The notes below the pieces were generated by a model. The model saw nothing but the letters and a program-made list of their open reading frames with translations, was not told the DNA's origin and made no database searches. This document shows positions 14,948-24,841 of a stretch of DNA of 31,898 bases, piece by piece. The position numbers and the translations under genes were made by a program. The stretch is from the IMG/VR virus record IMGVR_UViG_3300044297_000154, positions 1-31,898 of that record, one strand, 5' to 3'. The first letter of the stretch is position 1, and each line of letters begins with the position of its first letter. Source of the stretch: a virus (Duplodnaviria > Caudoviricetes).

Positions 14948-17900
14948 CTAATCGACCTCCTGCATCGTCACGGGCGCGCTCATGGCGTCGTGCATTTTCC
15001 CGATAATGTCCTGCGTCAGTTCCTTGCGGCGATCCGGCTCGATCGCTTTGAACGCGCCGACCTTGCGCGCCGACTCGAACACGCGATCGAACACGCGGCG
15101 CTTCACAATGTCGGGCAGGTTTTCCCAATTCGGGCCTTTCACCGCCTGCGACATGACTTGGTGTGCGAGTTTGCCGGCCTCGCTGGCAAACACGTCGCGT
15201 TCCTCCGGTTTCAGTTCCACGTCGCCAATCTTGCCAGTGTTCGTGCCGATGTGGATTTTCTTCGGCGCCTTCGCCACGCCGACACCCAGCCGCGCCGCCT
15301 CTTTACGCACCGGATCATCCGACACCGTATTCGTTACGATCGGCGACACCACGGCCACGCGGTCGCGGTTTTTGATCGGCTCACCGAATGCGTCGCGTTG
15401 CGCGATCAGCGTTTCCCGCGCAAACGGCAGGCGGTTTTTCACGGCGTCGAGCACGCTGTCAATCTCGCGGATATATGGATCGTTCAACTGCGCGTTTTGC
15501 GACACCACGCCCGGAATGACAAGCCCGGCCAAGCCCTGCGCCAGCTTCGCGCCGTAGCGATCCGGCTCGGTGATGGCGTGGATAATGTTGGCGAAACCCT
15601 GCAGAAACGTCTGCGACGTGATCGCGTTGCCCATCGCCACGGCCAGCATCTTCGGAATCTTGTCTTTTTCCTCGGGCGTCATGTGCTGCTGGACTTCGCG
15701 CGCGTCGGCATACATGCCGAGCAGCGTGCCGACGGGCTGCAACCGCTGATACGAATACCATGTGTCGCCAATGCGGATTGAATATGGCTGCCAGCCGCTT
15801 GCCATCTTCACGCGCTTTTTGTTCGGATCGGGGTCGCCGGCACCGGAAATCATGTCGCTGGTGGACAGCGCGTAGGCCACCGCACCCATCGCGCCGCCGA
15901 CCATAACTTCGGCCACGGCTTTGTCGCGCGCAGCGCCGCCCTCCGACCACGCCTGCCGCCATTCCTTGAACGCGGGTGCCGCCGGCGTCATGCGCAGCAA
16001 CTCTTTGGCGATGTTGCCGGGCGTCTGAATGAACGGCACCAGCATTTCCAGATGCCACGTTTTGACGAACTTCTGCGTGGCTTGCGCGAGTTCGCCGCCT
16101 TTCGTGTTGAACGTCAGGCGCTCGCCGGCGGCTGTGATTTGCTTCTGCATTTCGGCGTCGGGATTCTGCGCCAGATCGGCCACGCGCTCGCGGAACTCGC
16201 GGGTAAACGGATTCAGTCCTTCGGCGGTTGCCTGTCGGGTCGCCAGCGAATACGCTTCGCCGCGCTCATTCATCGTCTTGAAAAAGGCGTCCACTGCGGT
16301 CAACTGGCCGAACGTCAGCGTGCGGATAATCTGGCCTTTCTTGCCCTCGATCGCGCCGCGCTTCGTGTCCGTCTTGCCGCCGTGGCTGTCGGTCATCTGC
16401 ACCCACTTGTCCCACGTCGCGCCCACACCTTCGACGCGCAGCATCTTGCCGACGTAGGCCAGCGCATCCAGTGCGCCATGCACGTTACCTGTCAGCCGCG
16501 CGATCGGCTCCATCGCCGTTACGCGATCTGCCGGCGCACCGCGCAGAAAGCCAATACCCGACGCGATCATTTCCACCGGCAGTCGCAGGGCGGCGAAAGT
16601 CGTGTTGCCCATGAAGTTTGCGATCTGCGTGATCGGGCCGCTGATCATGCCGGCTTTGATTGCTTCCACCACTTTTTCCCAAGTGGTTGCCTTCGTGATC
16701 TGACCGGCCGCTTTAAACGCGCCTTCGGGCGTGTCCACTTCTTTCAGCATTTTCGCCAGCATTTCCGGCGACTTGCCGTAAACATCAAGAATTTCCTGAA
16801 TCTGCTTGACGCGCTCGGCGTCGCGCGCGGTGTCCTTCAGGATATTCAGCGCCCGGCCGGCTTCGGCGCGCGCGCCCAGGAACTCAGATTGAATCATCGC
16901 CGTGCGCTCGGCCGCAGCCAGCAGGCGCAGCGTGTCCTCGGACGTGGCTTCCGACCCTTTGGCCAGAACCTCGTCGCGCACGCGCATCAAATCCTCGGCA
17001 GCGCCGACGGCCATCTGCTTACGTGCCAAAAGCTCGGCCGCCGCAGCCGCGGTGCCGGGCTCGCGCGTCGTCGCCACTTTGCCGCCCAGCATTTGCTCCA
17101 GAATCGTGCCGGCTTCGGCCTGCGTCTGTTCCCACGAAACGGTGCCGCGTCGCTGCTCGGTAATGTCGGCTTCGTAAAGCTGCGACAACCGCGACATCGC
17201 GCCCTTCACGTCGTCGGTTGTGTTGATGTAGTTGTAGTTGACGTGGCTGGGCTGCGCCGGTTCACCGGCCGCCTGCGGAATTTCCGCAAACGGCTTATCG
17301 ACAAACGCCTGCGCCTTCTCACCGGGGACGGCGGCACGGGCGTTTTGCTCGGCGGCCAACGCCTGATACGCGCGCGGAACATCAAACGGCTGTGCCTGTT
17401 CGCTCTCAGCGAGTGTGCGCAAATCAAAAATGTGCGTGCCGCGCACGCTGTCCGCCGCCTGAATTGACTCGCCGGTTTCCCAATCCTTCGCGCTGCGCGC
17501 GCCTAAAAACTCGCGCGTCTGTGGCGAAAGTTCATCCCAATGCGCTTCCGCTGCCCGCGCCATTGCGCGATCCCGGTCAGGCATCTTCCCGTTCAACTCC
17601 GTCGCGACCGCACCTTCGTTTTTGTATTTGTCCGTCAGCGCGGAAATTTCAGCCAAAGCGGTTTGTGCTTTTTTAACCAACGGACTGCCTTCGGCCGGCA
17701 CGGTTTTCGTGTCGGCTGCTTTTGCGGTTTCGGCAACCGGCCGCGTCAAATCTTCTTTAATCGTCGGATCAGCCGCCGCATCGGCGACGACCTTTTCCGG
17801 CGGCACACCCGCTTTCCGGTAAATCGTGGCGATTTTTCCGGCGATGGCGCCCGAGCCTTTCAGCCCGCCGACCAGAATTGCGGCGTCGAGAAAATCCTTC

Positions 17901-18547
17901 GGCTCTGGCAGATGCCCGGCCAGTGCCGCCGGCGCCACGGTCATCGTGCCGAGTTCGGCCGTCAGTTGCGCGCCGCCAATCGCTGCGCGCGCGCCGCCGA
18001 CTGACAGTGTTTCGCCAATCGCAGGGGCAATCGCTTTGCCGACCGTGCGCGCGGCCACACCACCTGTGCCAAGCGTCAGGCCACCCACCGCGGCGTCTTT
18101 CGACGTCGATTTGGCCACGATGCCGACGCGCGACAGGAAATCAGACACACTCACAACTTCGCCTTTTTCGTAGGCTTGAATCAGCGACTCGCGGATTGCA
18201 GTCGGCACAGCAAACGCGCCCGCCCCGGTGCCAACAATCGTGCCAGCAGGACCGGCTGCGGATCCGGTGACGCCACCAACCATGCCGCCGGCAACCATCG
18301 CCGGCAGTTCCATTGCCATCTGCGTAGCACCTGCGGCCAGTCGTTCATACCACTTCGAGCCGGCGCTATCGAGCACGATGTCAGGCAACTTGCCGCGATT
18401 CGCCAGTCCGGTGTAGCTGCCCTGATAGCCCGCCGTCGCCGCTTCCCACACGCCTTTTGCGACGCGCGGCTGGGCTCGGCGTTCAACGACAGGATCGCGC
18501 TCCCACGGCGCGACCTGCGCAACCACCGGGTCGTCTTGCCAGCCCAT
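14948..18547 (-). CDS. Large internal virion (ejection) protein, gp16-like (1199 aa)
   Basis: Third and largest of three genes after the nozzle; Ala/Gly-rich hydrophobic N-terminal segments; PFIQTPGNI and GWQPYSIRIGDTWYSYQRLQP motifs typical of podovirus internal virion proteins. Confidence 0.8.
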   Translation of the reverse strand: MGWQDDPVVAQVAPWERDPVVERRAQPRVAKGVWEAATAGYQGSYTGLANRGKLPDIVLDSAGSKWYERLAAGATQMAMELPAMVAGGMVGGVTGSAAGPAGTIVGTGAGAFAVPTAIRESLIQAYEKGEVVSVSDFLSRVGIVAKSTSKDAAVGGLTLGTGGVAARTVGKAIAPAIGETLSVGGARAAIGGAQLTAELGTMTVAPAALAGHLPEPKDFLDAAILVGGLKGSGAIAGKIATIYRKAGVPPEKVVADAAADPTIKEDLTRPVAETAKAADTKTVPAEGSPLVKKAQTALAEISALTDKYKNEGAVATELNGKMPDRDRAMARAAEAHWDELSPQTREFLGARSAKDWETGESIQAADSVRGTHIFDLRTLAESEQAQPFDVPRAYQALAAEQNARAAVPGEKAQAFVDKPFAEIPQAAGEPAQPSHVNYNYINTTDDVKGAMSRLSQLYEADITEQRRGTVSWEQTQAEAGTILEQMLGGKVATTREPGTAAAAAELLARKQMAVGAAEDLMRVRDEVLAKGSEATSEDTLRLLAAAERTAMIQSEFLGARAEAGRALNILKDTARDAERVKQIQEILDVYGKSPEMLAKMLKEVDTPEGAFKAAGQITKATTWEKVVEAIKAGMISGPITQIANFMGNTTFAALRLPVEMIASGIGFLRGAPADRVTAMEPIARLTGNVHGALDALAYVGKMLRVEGVGATWDKWVQMTDSHGGKTDTKRGAIEGKKGQIIRTLTFGQLTAVDAFFKTMNERGEAYSLATRQATAEGLNPFTREFRERVADLAQNPDAEMQKQITAAGERLTFNTKGGELAQATQKFVKTWHLEMLVPFIQTPGNIAKELLRMTPAAPAFKEWRQAWSEGGAARDKAVAEVMVGGAMGAVAYALSTSDMISGAGDPDPNKKRVKMASGWQPYSIRIGDTWYSYQRLQPVGTLLGMYADAREVQQHMTPEEKDKIPKMLAVAMGNAITSQTFLQGFANIIHAITEPDRYGAKLAQGLAGLVIPGVVSQNAQLNDPYIREIDSVLDAVKNRLPFARETLIAQRDAFGEPIKNRDRVAVVSPIVTNTVSDDPVRKEAARLGVGVAKAPKKIHIGTNTGKIGDVELKPEERDVFASEAGKLAHQVMSQAVKGPNWENLPDIVKRRVFDRVFESARKVGAFKAIEPDRRKELTQDIIGKMHDAMSAPVTMQEVD

Positions 18548-20094
18548 TATTGTTTTTCCCTAACGACGCCTTTCGGGTCGGTATATTTGGCGCCCTTCGG
18601 CAGCGTGTCGTATTGCGCCCACGTCGGGTATTTCACCGGCGCTGCGCGGCTGTCCTCGCGCACCTTGTCGGCGGCCTTCGACGCCACGGCACTCGGCAGA
18701 TACGCGCCCACGCGCGCAGCCGAGAAAAAGTAATCCTTCGAGTCTGGATTCATCAGTTCGCGCGGGTTTTTGTTTTCCTTGCGATACGCTTCGACCTGGC
18801 TGTAGAAGTCGTAGGTGATGCGATTTACCGTGTCCTGCACTTCGTTCGGCTGCATCGTCAGATACGGGCTTTGCGAAATCGCTTTGGAAACGCGGTCGAT
18901 CTGGCCACGGGCGTCGCGCTCGAACGTGTTGGTCGAGCCGTCGCGCAGTTGGCGAAAACGATCTTCGAGGAACATTTCCTCTCGGAAATTAAGTTTGCCG
19001 GCGCGATATGACGCGCGCACGTCGTCGATGTTGAAAGTCTTGGCAGGGTCGCCGTCGGCCGCAATCATGTTGCCCCACAGGCGGCCGACCTCGGCGTTGT
19101 TCCGTTCCAGCTTGTCGGACTCGGCCTCTTTCGCGCGGCGCCGGATCGTTTCGGCCAAGTGCTGCTTTTGCGCAGCGTCGATCGTCGGGTCGGACATGAT
19201 TTGCTTGTATGTCGGCGTGCCTCCGTTTTCTTTCGACGGCGTGTAGATGCGCTGCATGTAACCGTCGAGGGCTTTTTCCTGCGCCTCTTTTTTGGCCGCT
19301 TTTTCCTCGGCAATCTTCGCTTTCGCCAGCACGTCCTTGTTGTGGATGCCGACGTCGGCTTCGCCGATCAGTTTCTTTTTGCTGTCCTCGTTGAGAACAC
19401 CGTCGCCCTCGCCGTCCATCAGTTTTTTGCGCGCGAGTTCCGGTGCGCCGTTGTCGATCAGTCCACGCACCATGCCTTCAAACAGGCTTGCCTTCGCGTT
19501 GGCAACCAACTCGGCTTTCGCGCGCGCTGGCAGTTTGGCATAGGTGGAATTCGGATCGTTGATCGCAGCGTCGAGTTTGCCAACCGCGTTCTGGTAGCCG
19601 GTCGGGTCGGAAATCAGCGTGGCGGCAAGGCTGCCGACCATGCCCTTCCAATCGACTACGGCTTTCGCGCCGTCCAGTTCCGCCTGCCCGACAATCGCTT
19701 TGCCGGTGAAATGCGTGACGAGTTCGCCGGCCTGGCGCTCGAACACGCCCATGCCCTCGCGCGTGGCGACCGTGCCTTTCATCTTTTCCAGATACTCGGC
19801 CATGTCTTTTTGCAACTGCGGCACCAGCGTCTTGTCGCCGGGCTGCGCGTTTTTCATGCGCTCGGCAAAGTTGTTCGTCCAGTCCAACTGCGCCTTCGCC
19901 ATCGCCGAGTGAACCGACGTGACATCTTCTTGCGCTTTGATCTGGTAGGTGGTGTGCGCCAGGTGTTCGGTGCCGGCGGCCAGCGCCTCGAAGCCGTGCG
20001 CCGTCTGATTGCCGAACATCGACGCTTCGGCGCCACCTTGCAGCGAACCCTGCGGCAGCACTTCGCTGGTTTGATACGGATGAATTTTCGCCAT
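18547..20094 (-). CDS. Internal virion (ejection) protein, gp15-like (515 aa)
   Basis: Helical, Lys/Glu/Ala-rich; lies between the small and large ejection genes; TAATG-coupled to the next gene. Confidence 0.72.
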   Translation of the reverse strand: MAKIHPYQTSEVLPQGSLQGGAEASMFGNQTAHGFEALAAGTEHLAHTTYQIKAQEDVTSVHSAMAKAQLDWTNNFAERMKNAQPGDKTLVPQLQKDMAEYLEKMKGTVATREGMGVFERQAGELVTHFTGKAIVGQAELDGAKAVVDWKGMVGSLAATLISDPTGYQNAVGKLDAAINDPNSTYAKLPARAKAELVANAKASLFEGMVRGLIDNGAPELARKKLMDGEGDGVLNEDSKKKLIGEADVGIHNKDVLAKAKIAEEKAAKKEAQEKALDGYMQRIYTPSKENGGTPTYKQIMSDPTIDAAQKQHLAETIRRRAKEAESDKLERNNAEVGRLWGNMIAADGDPAKTFNIDDVRASYRAGKLNFREEMFLEDRFRQLRDGSTNTFERDARGQIDRVSKAISQSPYLTMQPNEVQDTVNRITYDFYSQVEAYRKENKNPRELMNPDSKDYFFSAARVGAYLPSAVASKAADKVREDSRAAPVKYPTWAQYDTLPKGAKYTDPKGVVREKQ

Positions 20095-20096
20095 GA

Positions 20097-20615
20097 TTAA
20101 GCCAGTGCGTAACTGTTATCCGACACGTAATCGTCGGAGATTCCGGCGATCGGGTTGCCCGGTGTCGTCGGCGGTTTCGTTTTCTGGTAGTCGCCGTAAC
20201 CTTTTGCCGCAGCACCCGCCGCGCCCAGCAAGCCGGAAGTCATGGCGCTGCTGGATTGCGCGCCGTAGAGTTGCGACTGGTTCTGATAGCCCAGCGCACG
20301 CAAGTTGTAGTTATATTGCGTCGTCAGGTTGTCAAGCTTCGCCGTGGCCACGCTATCCTGCAGCACGTCCAGCGGCGAGCCCTGCCCGCTGTCCACGCCC
20401 GATGCGCCGTAGTTGGCGACCATGCTGCCGATCTGAATGCGGGCCTGCTTGGCCTGCGCCGCCGACGCAGCGGCACCCTGCTGCTGCGCGATGGTCGCGT
20501 TTTGCTGCGCCAGTTGCGCGTTGTAATCCGCGGCGTTTGACCGCGACGACGCGCCCATCAGGTTGCCCACGACGGAAAACGCGGTGCTCATTATTGTCAG
20601 CAGGCCGGCGTCCAT
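20097..20615 (-). CDS. Internal virion (ejection) protein, gp14-like (172 aa)
   Basis: Ala/Gln-rich; YNAQLAQQNA, YGASGVD...GSPLDV, Gly/Ala-rich hydrophobic C-terminal segment. Confidence 0.8.
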   Translation of the reverse strand: MDAGLLTIMSTAFSVVGNLMGASSRSNAADYNAQLAQQNATIAQQQGAAASAAQAKQARIQIGSMVANYGASGVDSGQGSPLDVLQDSVATAKLDNLTTQYNYNLRALGYQNQSQLYGAQSSSAMTSGLLGAAGAAAKGYGDYQKTKPPTTPGNPIAGISDDYVSDNSYALA

Positions 20616-21025
20616 TATCGAAACCTCACGTAAAGCGTTCGTCCGTTACCCAGCGGTTCGGGCTTAAAGCCCAGCAACCGCGCCCATCTGTGACCGGCTT
20701 TGAAGCCGTCGGCCACTTCCATTTCCAGCCGCGGGTATTTCAGTCCGCGTATATATTTTCTCACCTTGTTGTGCAATTCCAAAAACTGTTTGCGCCCGAT
20801 GTCGCCGCCCATGAACGTCCACACCAGCGCCCTGCAATCACTCCCAATCGGTATCACGCCACCGCACATCAAAAATCGTTCACCGTCCGCCACCGTCCAC
20901 GACTCTTCCGCCGCCAGCTGCCGCTTCACAAACGCCGGCACTTTTGCCAATTCCGCCGCTTGCGCCGGTTGCACATGCAGCCAATCCATGTGCCACGGCT
21001 CAAACGGAATGACCTTAATTGCCAT
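20615..21025 (-). CDS. GNAT-like protein at the T7 gp13 position (136 aa)
   Basis: MCGGVIPI...VW...RLEMEV...GHRWARLLGFKPE; lies between the nozzle and the ejection genes; start at ATG 21025. Confidence 0.75.
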   Translation of the reverse strand: MAIKVIPFEPWHMDWLHVQPAQAAELAKVPAFVKRQLAAEESWTVADGERFLMCGGVIPIGSDCRALVWTFMGGDIGRKQFLELHNKVRKYIRGLKYPRLEMEVADGFKAGHRWARLLGFKPEPLGNGRTLYVRFR

Positions 21026-23195
21026 CCTGCGTGTCGATCCTCGCCACCAGCAGCGACACGTTGCTCGGCAACGGGTCTTTCTGCCGGAATGCCACCGTCG
21101 GTCCCTGCATGTAACTCTGCTCAAGCGACCACGTTTTGAACCCGCTGTATAGCGCCGGCGGCGAGCCCATCGCGTCGGCGCTTGTCCGAAACGTCATGTC
21201 CACGTATTGCGTCACCCCGTTCGCCACACTCTCGAACTGCATGCCCACCGTCTGCCACAGGCGCACAAACACCTTCCACACGCGCGCTTGCTTGCCCTGC
21301 GCCACTCCGTCGGCCGCCCCCGCCTCGATCGACATGGTGCGCGCCGTGCTGTTGTATCCGAGTCCGATCTGCGCGGTCGATGCCGCCTGCGCCAGCGTAA
21401 TCGCGCCGGCAGACACCGTTCGCGTCGGGTGAACAGCACCGTCGGCAAGGATCGTCACCGTCTGCCCTTCCAGATGACTCAATCCCGATATTGACGTGGC
21501 CGCAGCGCCCGAGTATGTCAGCGACGCATCGACGAAAATGCCGTTGGCCTGCGCGTCGCCGTCCTCCCACCACTTCGACATGACCTCGACGTATCGTTTC
21601 GTCGCGCCGTTGATGTATCGGTTGACGATGACCCAAATCTCGTCGCGGGTGCCATCCGTGTACGGGATGCTGGCCACCGATTCGACAATCGCGGCACTCG
21701 ACTGCCCGGCGTTGGAATACCCGCCAATGACGTGCCGGTGCCAGCCTTGAACCTCTTGCTCGCGCTCATACGTGATGCCGACCAGTTGGCCGTCGGTGCG
21801 CACGCCCCACACAATCGGATACGGCACGGTCGATACCGCCAGCTGCGACAACCCGCCACCGGGAACGTGCTCGCCCACCAGGGTCAAGTCCGGCGCCTGA
21901 AAGCCGTCCACCGTAAACACGTAGGCCAGTTCCCGCACTTTCTTGGTACTGCGCACGACAAACAACGTGGCCTTGCCGACCTGCACGGGCGCTACCCGCG
22001 CCGAGCCGTATTTCGTCGCCTGCTTGGCAACCACGTTGGTCGCGCTGATCGCGCTGGTGTTGTCCGACGCGCGCACAATCCATTCGCCGCCGGCCGTGCC
22101 GACCAGCAACGCGCGCTCGTCAGATGCCAACCAGCGGATCGCGTTGACCGTGTTCGCATTCAGGCTGAACGAATAGCTGCGGCTTGCCGGCACGGTGCCG
22201 TCCGTGTCGGTCGGCGCCATGTTCTCGTAGTCGGACGAATTGCTGCTATCAAGCCGTTGCGGGTATTGCGTGTTGCCGCCGAACACCAGCCGATCTTCGT
22301 GGAACACCACAGCCCCGGGGTAGCCGTTGGCCGTGCCGTAAAGCCCGAGCCGCCACGTCGTCGTCGCAGCCACGCCAATCGCCGCAGTGATCGTCGCCGT
22401 GACGTGCGTGCTGTCGGTGTAGGCCGTGATCGTCCCCCAGCCCCACGATGCGCCCGACTTGATGCGCACCTGCCGCCCCACGTCGGATGCGGCAAACAGC
22501 GCCGCCGATGCCGTCAACGTGATGCCCGTGCCGGGGCCGGTGCCACTGGCACTGATCGTGGTCGTCGTCGCGTTGGTCGTCAGATACGGACCGTCCTGAA
22601 ACGCCAGTGCTGTGAGCTTCCAGTTCGTTGCGCCAAACCGCTGCAGCTTCATCGGCGCATAACTCGGATGCACGATGTAGAGCGTGTCGGCCGATTGCGT
22701 GAAGCTCAAATTGAACAGGTCGGCCGTCGCATACGTCGTCGGGATCTCGTAGATCGTGCCGGTCAGCGCATACCAGTACGTCGCATTCGGCGGCGCGTTG
22801 CCGGTCGTCGCGGCGATGCAGTAGTAATTCACCCCGCCGTTCGACACCAGATCGCCGATTGAATACGCAGTCGCGCCGTTGTAGGCGGACGGCGCCGAGA
22901 TATTCAGTTGCCCGTCGTTGGCAAAAAACCGAATGTAGTTGTTGCCAAATTCCAACACATAGGCTTGCGTGGTTGAAAACTCAAACCGCTGCAGGCGCGT
23001 CTTGGCGGTGCTGTCTTTGACGGCGGCGACATACTTCGTGCCGGGGCGGCGCGTGAGCATGCCCTGCACGGTCGGCACATAGTTCTCGCACGTCTGCAAA
23101 GCCGTGCGGTACTTGTCGAGGTTGATGCGGCCATAGGTCATCGGCGACCACTCGCCGCCGTTGAAATTGGTCTGCGCCCACGCTGCGTGAGGCAT
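21015..23195 (-). CDS. Tail nozzle / tail tubular protein B
   Basis: QTNFNGGEWSP, RRPGT, LEFGNNYIRF, TQSADTLYIVHP, YPGAVVFHEDRL, GWHRH, GLSHLEGQTV; 726 aa. Confidence 0.92.
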   Translation of the reverse strand: MPHAAWAQTNFNGGEWSPMTYGRINLDKYRTALQTCENYVPTVQGMLTRRPGTKYVAAVKDSTAKTRLQRFEFSTTQAYVLEFGNNYIRFFANDGQLNISAPSAYNGATAYSIGDLVSNGGVNYYCIAATTGNAPPNATYWYALTGTIYEIPTTYATADLFNLSFTQSADTLYIVHPSYAPMKLQRFGATNWKLTALAFQDGPYLTTNATTTTISASGTGPGTGITLTASAALFAASDVGRQVRIKSGASWGWGTITAYTDSTHVTATITAAIGVAATTTWRLGLYGTANGYPGAVVFHEDRLVFGGNTQYPQRLDSSNSSDYENMAPTDTDGTVPASRSYSFSLNANTVNAIRWLASDERALLVGTAGGEWIVRASDNTSAISATNVVAKQATKYGSARVAPVQVGKATLFVVRSTKKVRELAYVFTVDGFQAPDLTLVGEHVPGGGLSQLAVSTVPYPIVWGVRTDGQLVGITYEREQEVQGWHRHVIGGYSNAGQSSAAIVESVASIPYTDGTRDEIWVIVNRYINGATKRYVEVMSKWWEDGDAQANGIFVDASLTYSGAAATSISGLSHLEGQTVTILADGAVHPTRTVSAGAITLAQAASTAQIGLGYNSTARTMSIEAGAADGVAQGKQARVWKVFVRLWQTVGMQFESVANGVTQYVDMTFRTSADAMGSPPALYSGFKTWSLEQSYMQGPTVAFRQKDPLPSNVSLLVARIDTQDGN

Positions 23196-23198
23196 GGG

Positions 23199-23798
23199 CT
23201 AATACCTCACCGTCAGCCAACTGCTATCCGGCGGATCCTCGGGCAAGTTCTCGATCGCGTCCGACCGACGTGCCTCGGAAATGATGCCCTTGTATTCCTC
23301 CATCAGCGTTTGCTTTTTCGCGTTGGAAGATGTCAGCTTGTCGCAGATGTCAATGGCCAGCCCGCAGCACAGCGCATCGTAGAACGCCGCGTCGAACTTG
23401 GTCACGTCCTCCACGTCCTGCACATAGCGCAGGGACAGCGTGTTCGCCGTGGTCGATCCCGTTACCGGCGACGACGACCAGCTGGTGAGAATCTTGCCGC
23501 CCTCAATTACCCAATCAATCGTAGAATCATTGGGTAAAATCACGCGCAGGCAGTCGGCCGGCAGGCTGAATGCAGCGTCGAATTCGAACGCCGGGGCGGC
23601 CGTATCAGGCGCCAGAACCACGCGCTTGATGGCGAAATTCCACGGGTGCCGGCGCAGTTCCGACCGGCGGTTCGAATCGTATTGAATGGCGCATGCGCGC
23701 GCCTCGGGCGAATTGTCGGTGATGTCAGCGATGGTCGCAGCGCCGAGCCGCAGCAAGGCGCTGTTGCAAATATCAGTGCGCGATTGGCCAGTGGCCAT
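23199..23798 (-). CDS. Head-tail adaptor / tail tubular protein A
   Basis: ICNSALLRLG, LRRHPWNFAIKR, LPADCLRV; precedes the nozzle. Confidence 0.9.
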   Translation of the reverse strand: MATGQSRTDICNSALLRLGAATIADITDNSPEARACAIQYDSNRRSELRRHPWNFAIKRVVLAPDTAAPAFEFDAAFSLPADCLRVILPNDSTIDWVIEGGKILTSWSSSPVTGSTTANTLSLRYVQDVEDVTKFDAAFYDALCCGLAIDICDKLTSSNAKKQTLMEEYKGIISEARRSDAIENLPEDPPDSSWLTVRY

Positions 23799-23801
23799 TC
23801 A

Positions 23802-24119
23802 TCAACCCACACCGACCAGGTATGCGTAAATCGCAGACGGCGTGCCGCCCGTCAACGCGATTCGCACGTTGCCCGCAGGCAGTGAAATGCCCGCCTGCGA
23901 AAACGGCAGCACAGTGGCAGATACCGCAGAACCGGCGAAAATAGACACCGTAGACCATGTGCCGTTCGGCGATTGCATTTGCAGCGTAGCCGTGGCGCCG
24001 CTGATCGTGCCCTCGGCCATGAAGTGATACTCGCCGCCGGGGATTTGCACCGCCGAGCCCGTCGCGCTGCCGTTGGACAGCAGGGTGTAACTCTGCGAAT
24101 CGCATTTGCGAATAGGCAT
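23802..24119 (-). CDS. Small beta-sandwich virion protein, decoration/spike-base-like (105 aa)
   Basis: Beta-rich; GATATLQMQSPNGTW...LPAGNVRIALTGGTPS; in the head cluster; GGAG RBS. Confidence 0.65.
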   Translation of the reverse strand: MPIRKCDSQSYTLLSNGSATGSAVQIPGGEYHFMAEGTISGATATLQMQSPNGTWSTVSIFAGSAVSATVLPFSQAGISLPAGNVRIALTGGTPSAIYAYLVGVG

Positions 24120-24130
24120 CGCGCGCTCCC

Positions 24131-24325
24131 TTACCAGCCCTGATTGTTCGAGGCCACGTAATCGAAGATCGCCTGAAGCTCAAGCAACAGAGCCTCGCGG
24201 TTCGGCACGTTCGCTGTGGTGTTCAGTGCCACTTCCACGTCGCGGCTGGTCGTGGTCGCCTGTGCCAGAATCGCACCGGGGCCGATACCCGCGCCGACGT
24301 TTTTGCCAATGAAATAGGTCGCCAT
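24131..24325 (-). CDS. Hypothetical virion-associated protein (64 aa)
   Basis: GAGGGG RBS; lies on the coding strand just after the capsid terminator. Confidence 0.6.
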   Translation of the reverse strand: MATYFIGKNVGAGIGPGAILAQATTTSRDVEVALNTTANVPNREALLLELQAIFDYVASNNQGW

Positions 24326-24340
24326 GTTTCAATCCCCTCG

Positions 24341-24369
24341 AAAAGAAGGGGCCAGCCGAAGCCGGCCCC
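24341..24369 (-). terminator. Rho-independent terminator after the capsid and decoration genes
   Basis: Minus strand GGGGCCGGC-TTCG-GCTGGCCCC followed by TTCTTTT. Confidence 0.88.
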
Positions 24370-24374
24370 GTTCC

Positions 24375-24821
24375 TTAGTTGCCGATCGAGTAATACAGAT
24401 CGATTGCCATCGAACCACTGGCCGGCAGGGACGCCGTGCCAATGGTGACGATGACGGTTTCGTCTGCGGTCAGGCCCGGATCGCTCGCCGCAACCACAGC
24501 CGCTTTGCCGAAAATCTGCGGCACGTCGGTCGTTGTCACCGCACCCGCGGCTTTGTATTTCGCCGTGGACGCGCTGGTGCCGATCGCCAGAGTGGCGGTC
24601 GAGGTCGAGGTATCGAGGGTGATCGTGCCGAACGCGAAGGTCGCGCCCGACGGGATCGTGCCGACGGTCAGCGTGTCCGAAGTCGTCTGCGTGTTGAACG
24701 TGAACGTGCCACGCAGCCGCTTCAAACGCGCGCCATACACCGTTGCCGCCGGCTTGCGGCCGACCGGGATCGAGGTCTGGTTTGCCGAACCGCCAAGCTC
24801 GGTAGAGTAGTAATTTGCCAT
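24375..24821 (-). CDS. Capsid cement/decoration protein (148 aa)
   Basis: Immediately downstream of the MCP and inside the same terminator-bounded unit; beta-rich with TIPSGA...TLAIG...KY; AAGGA RBS. Confidence 0.75.
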   Translation of the reverse strand: MANYYSTELGGSANQTSIPVGRKPAATVYGARLKRLRGTFTFNTQTTSDTLTVGTIPSGATFAFGTITLDTSTSTATLAIGTSASTAKYKAAGAVTTTDVPQIFGKAAVVAASDPGLTADETVIVTIGTASLPASGSMAIDLYYSIGN

Positions 24822-24841
24822 GATGATTTCCTTTCAGGCGG

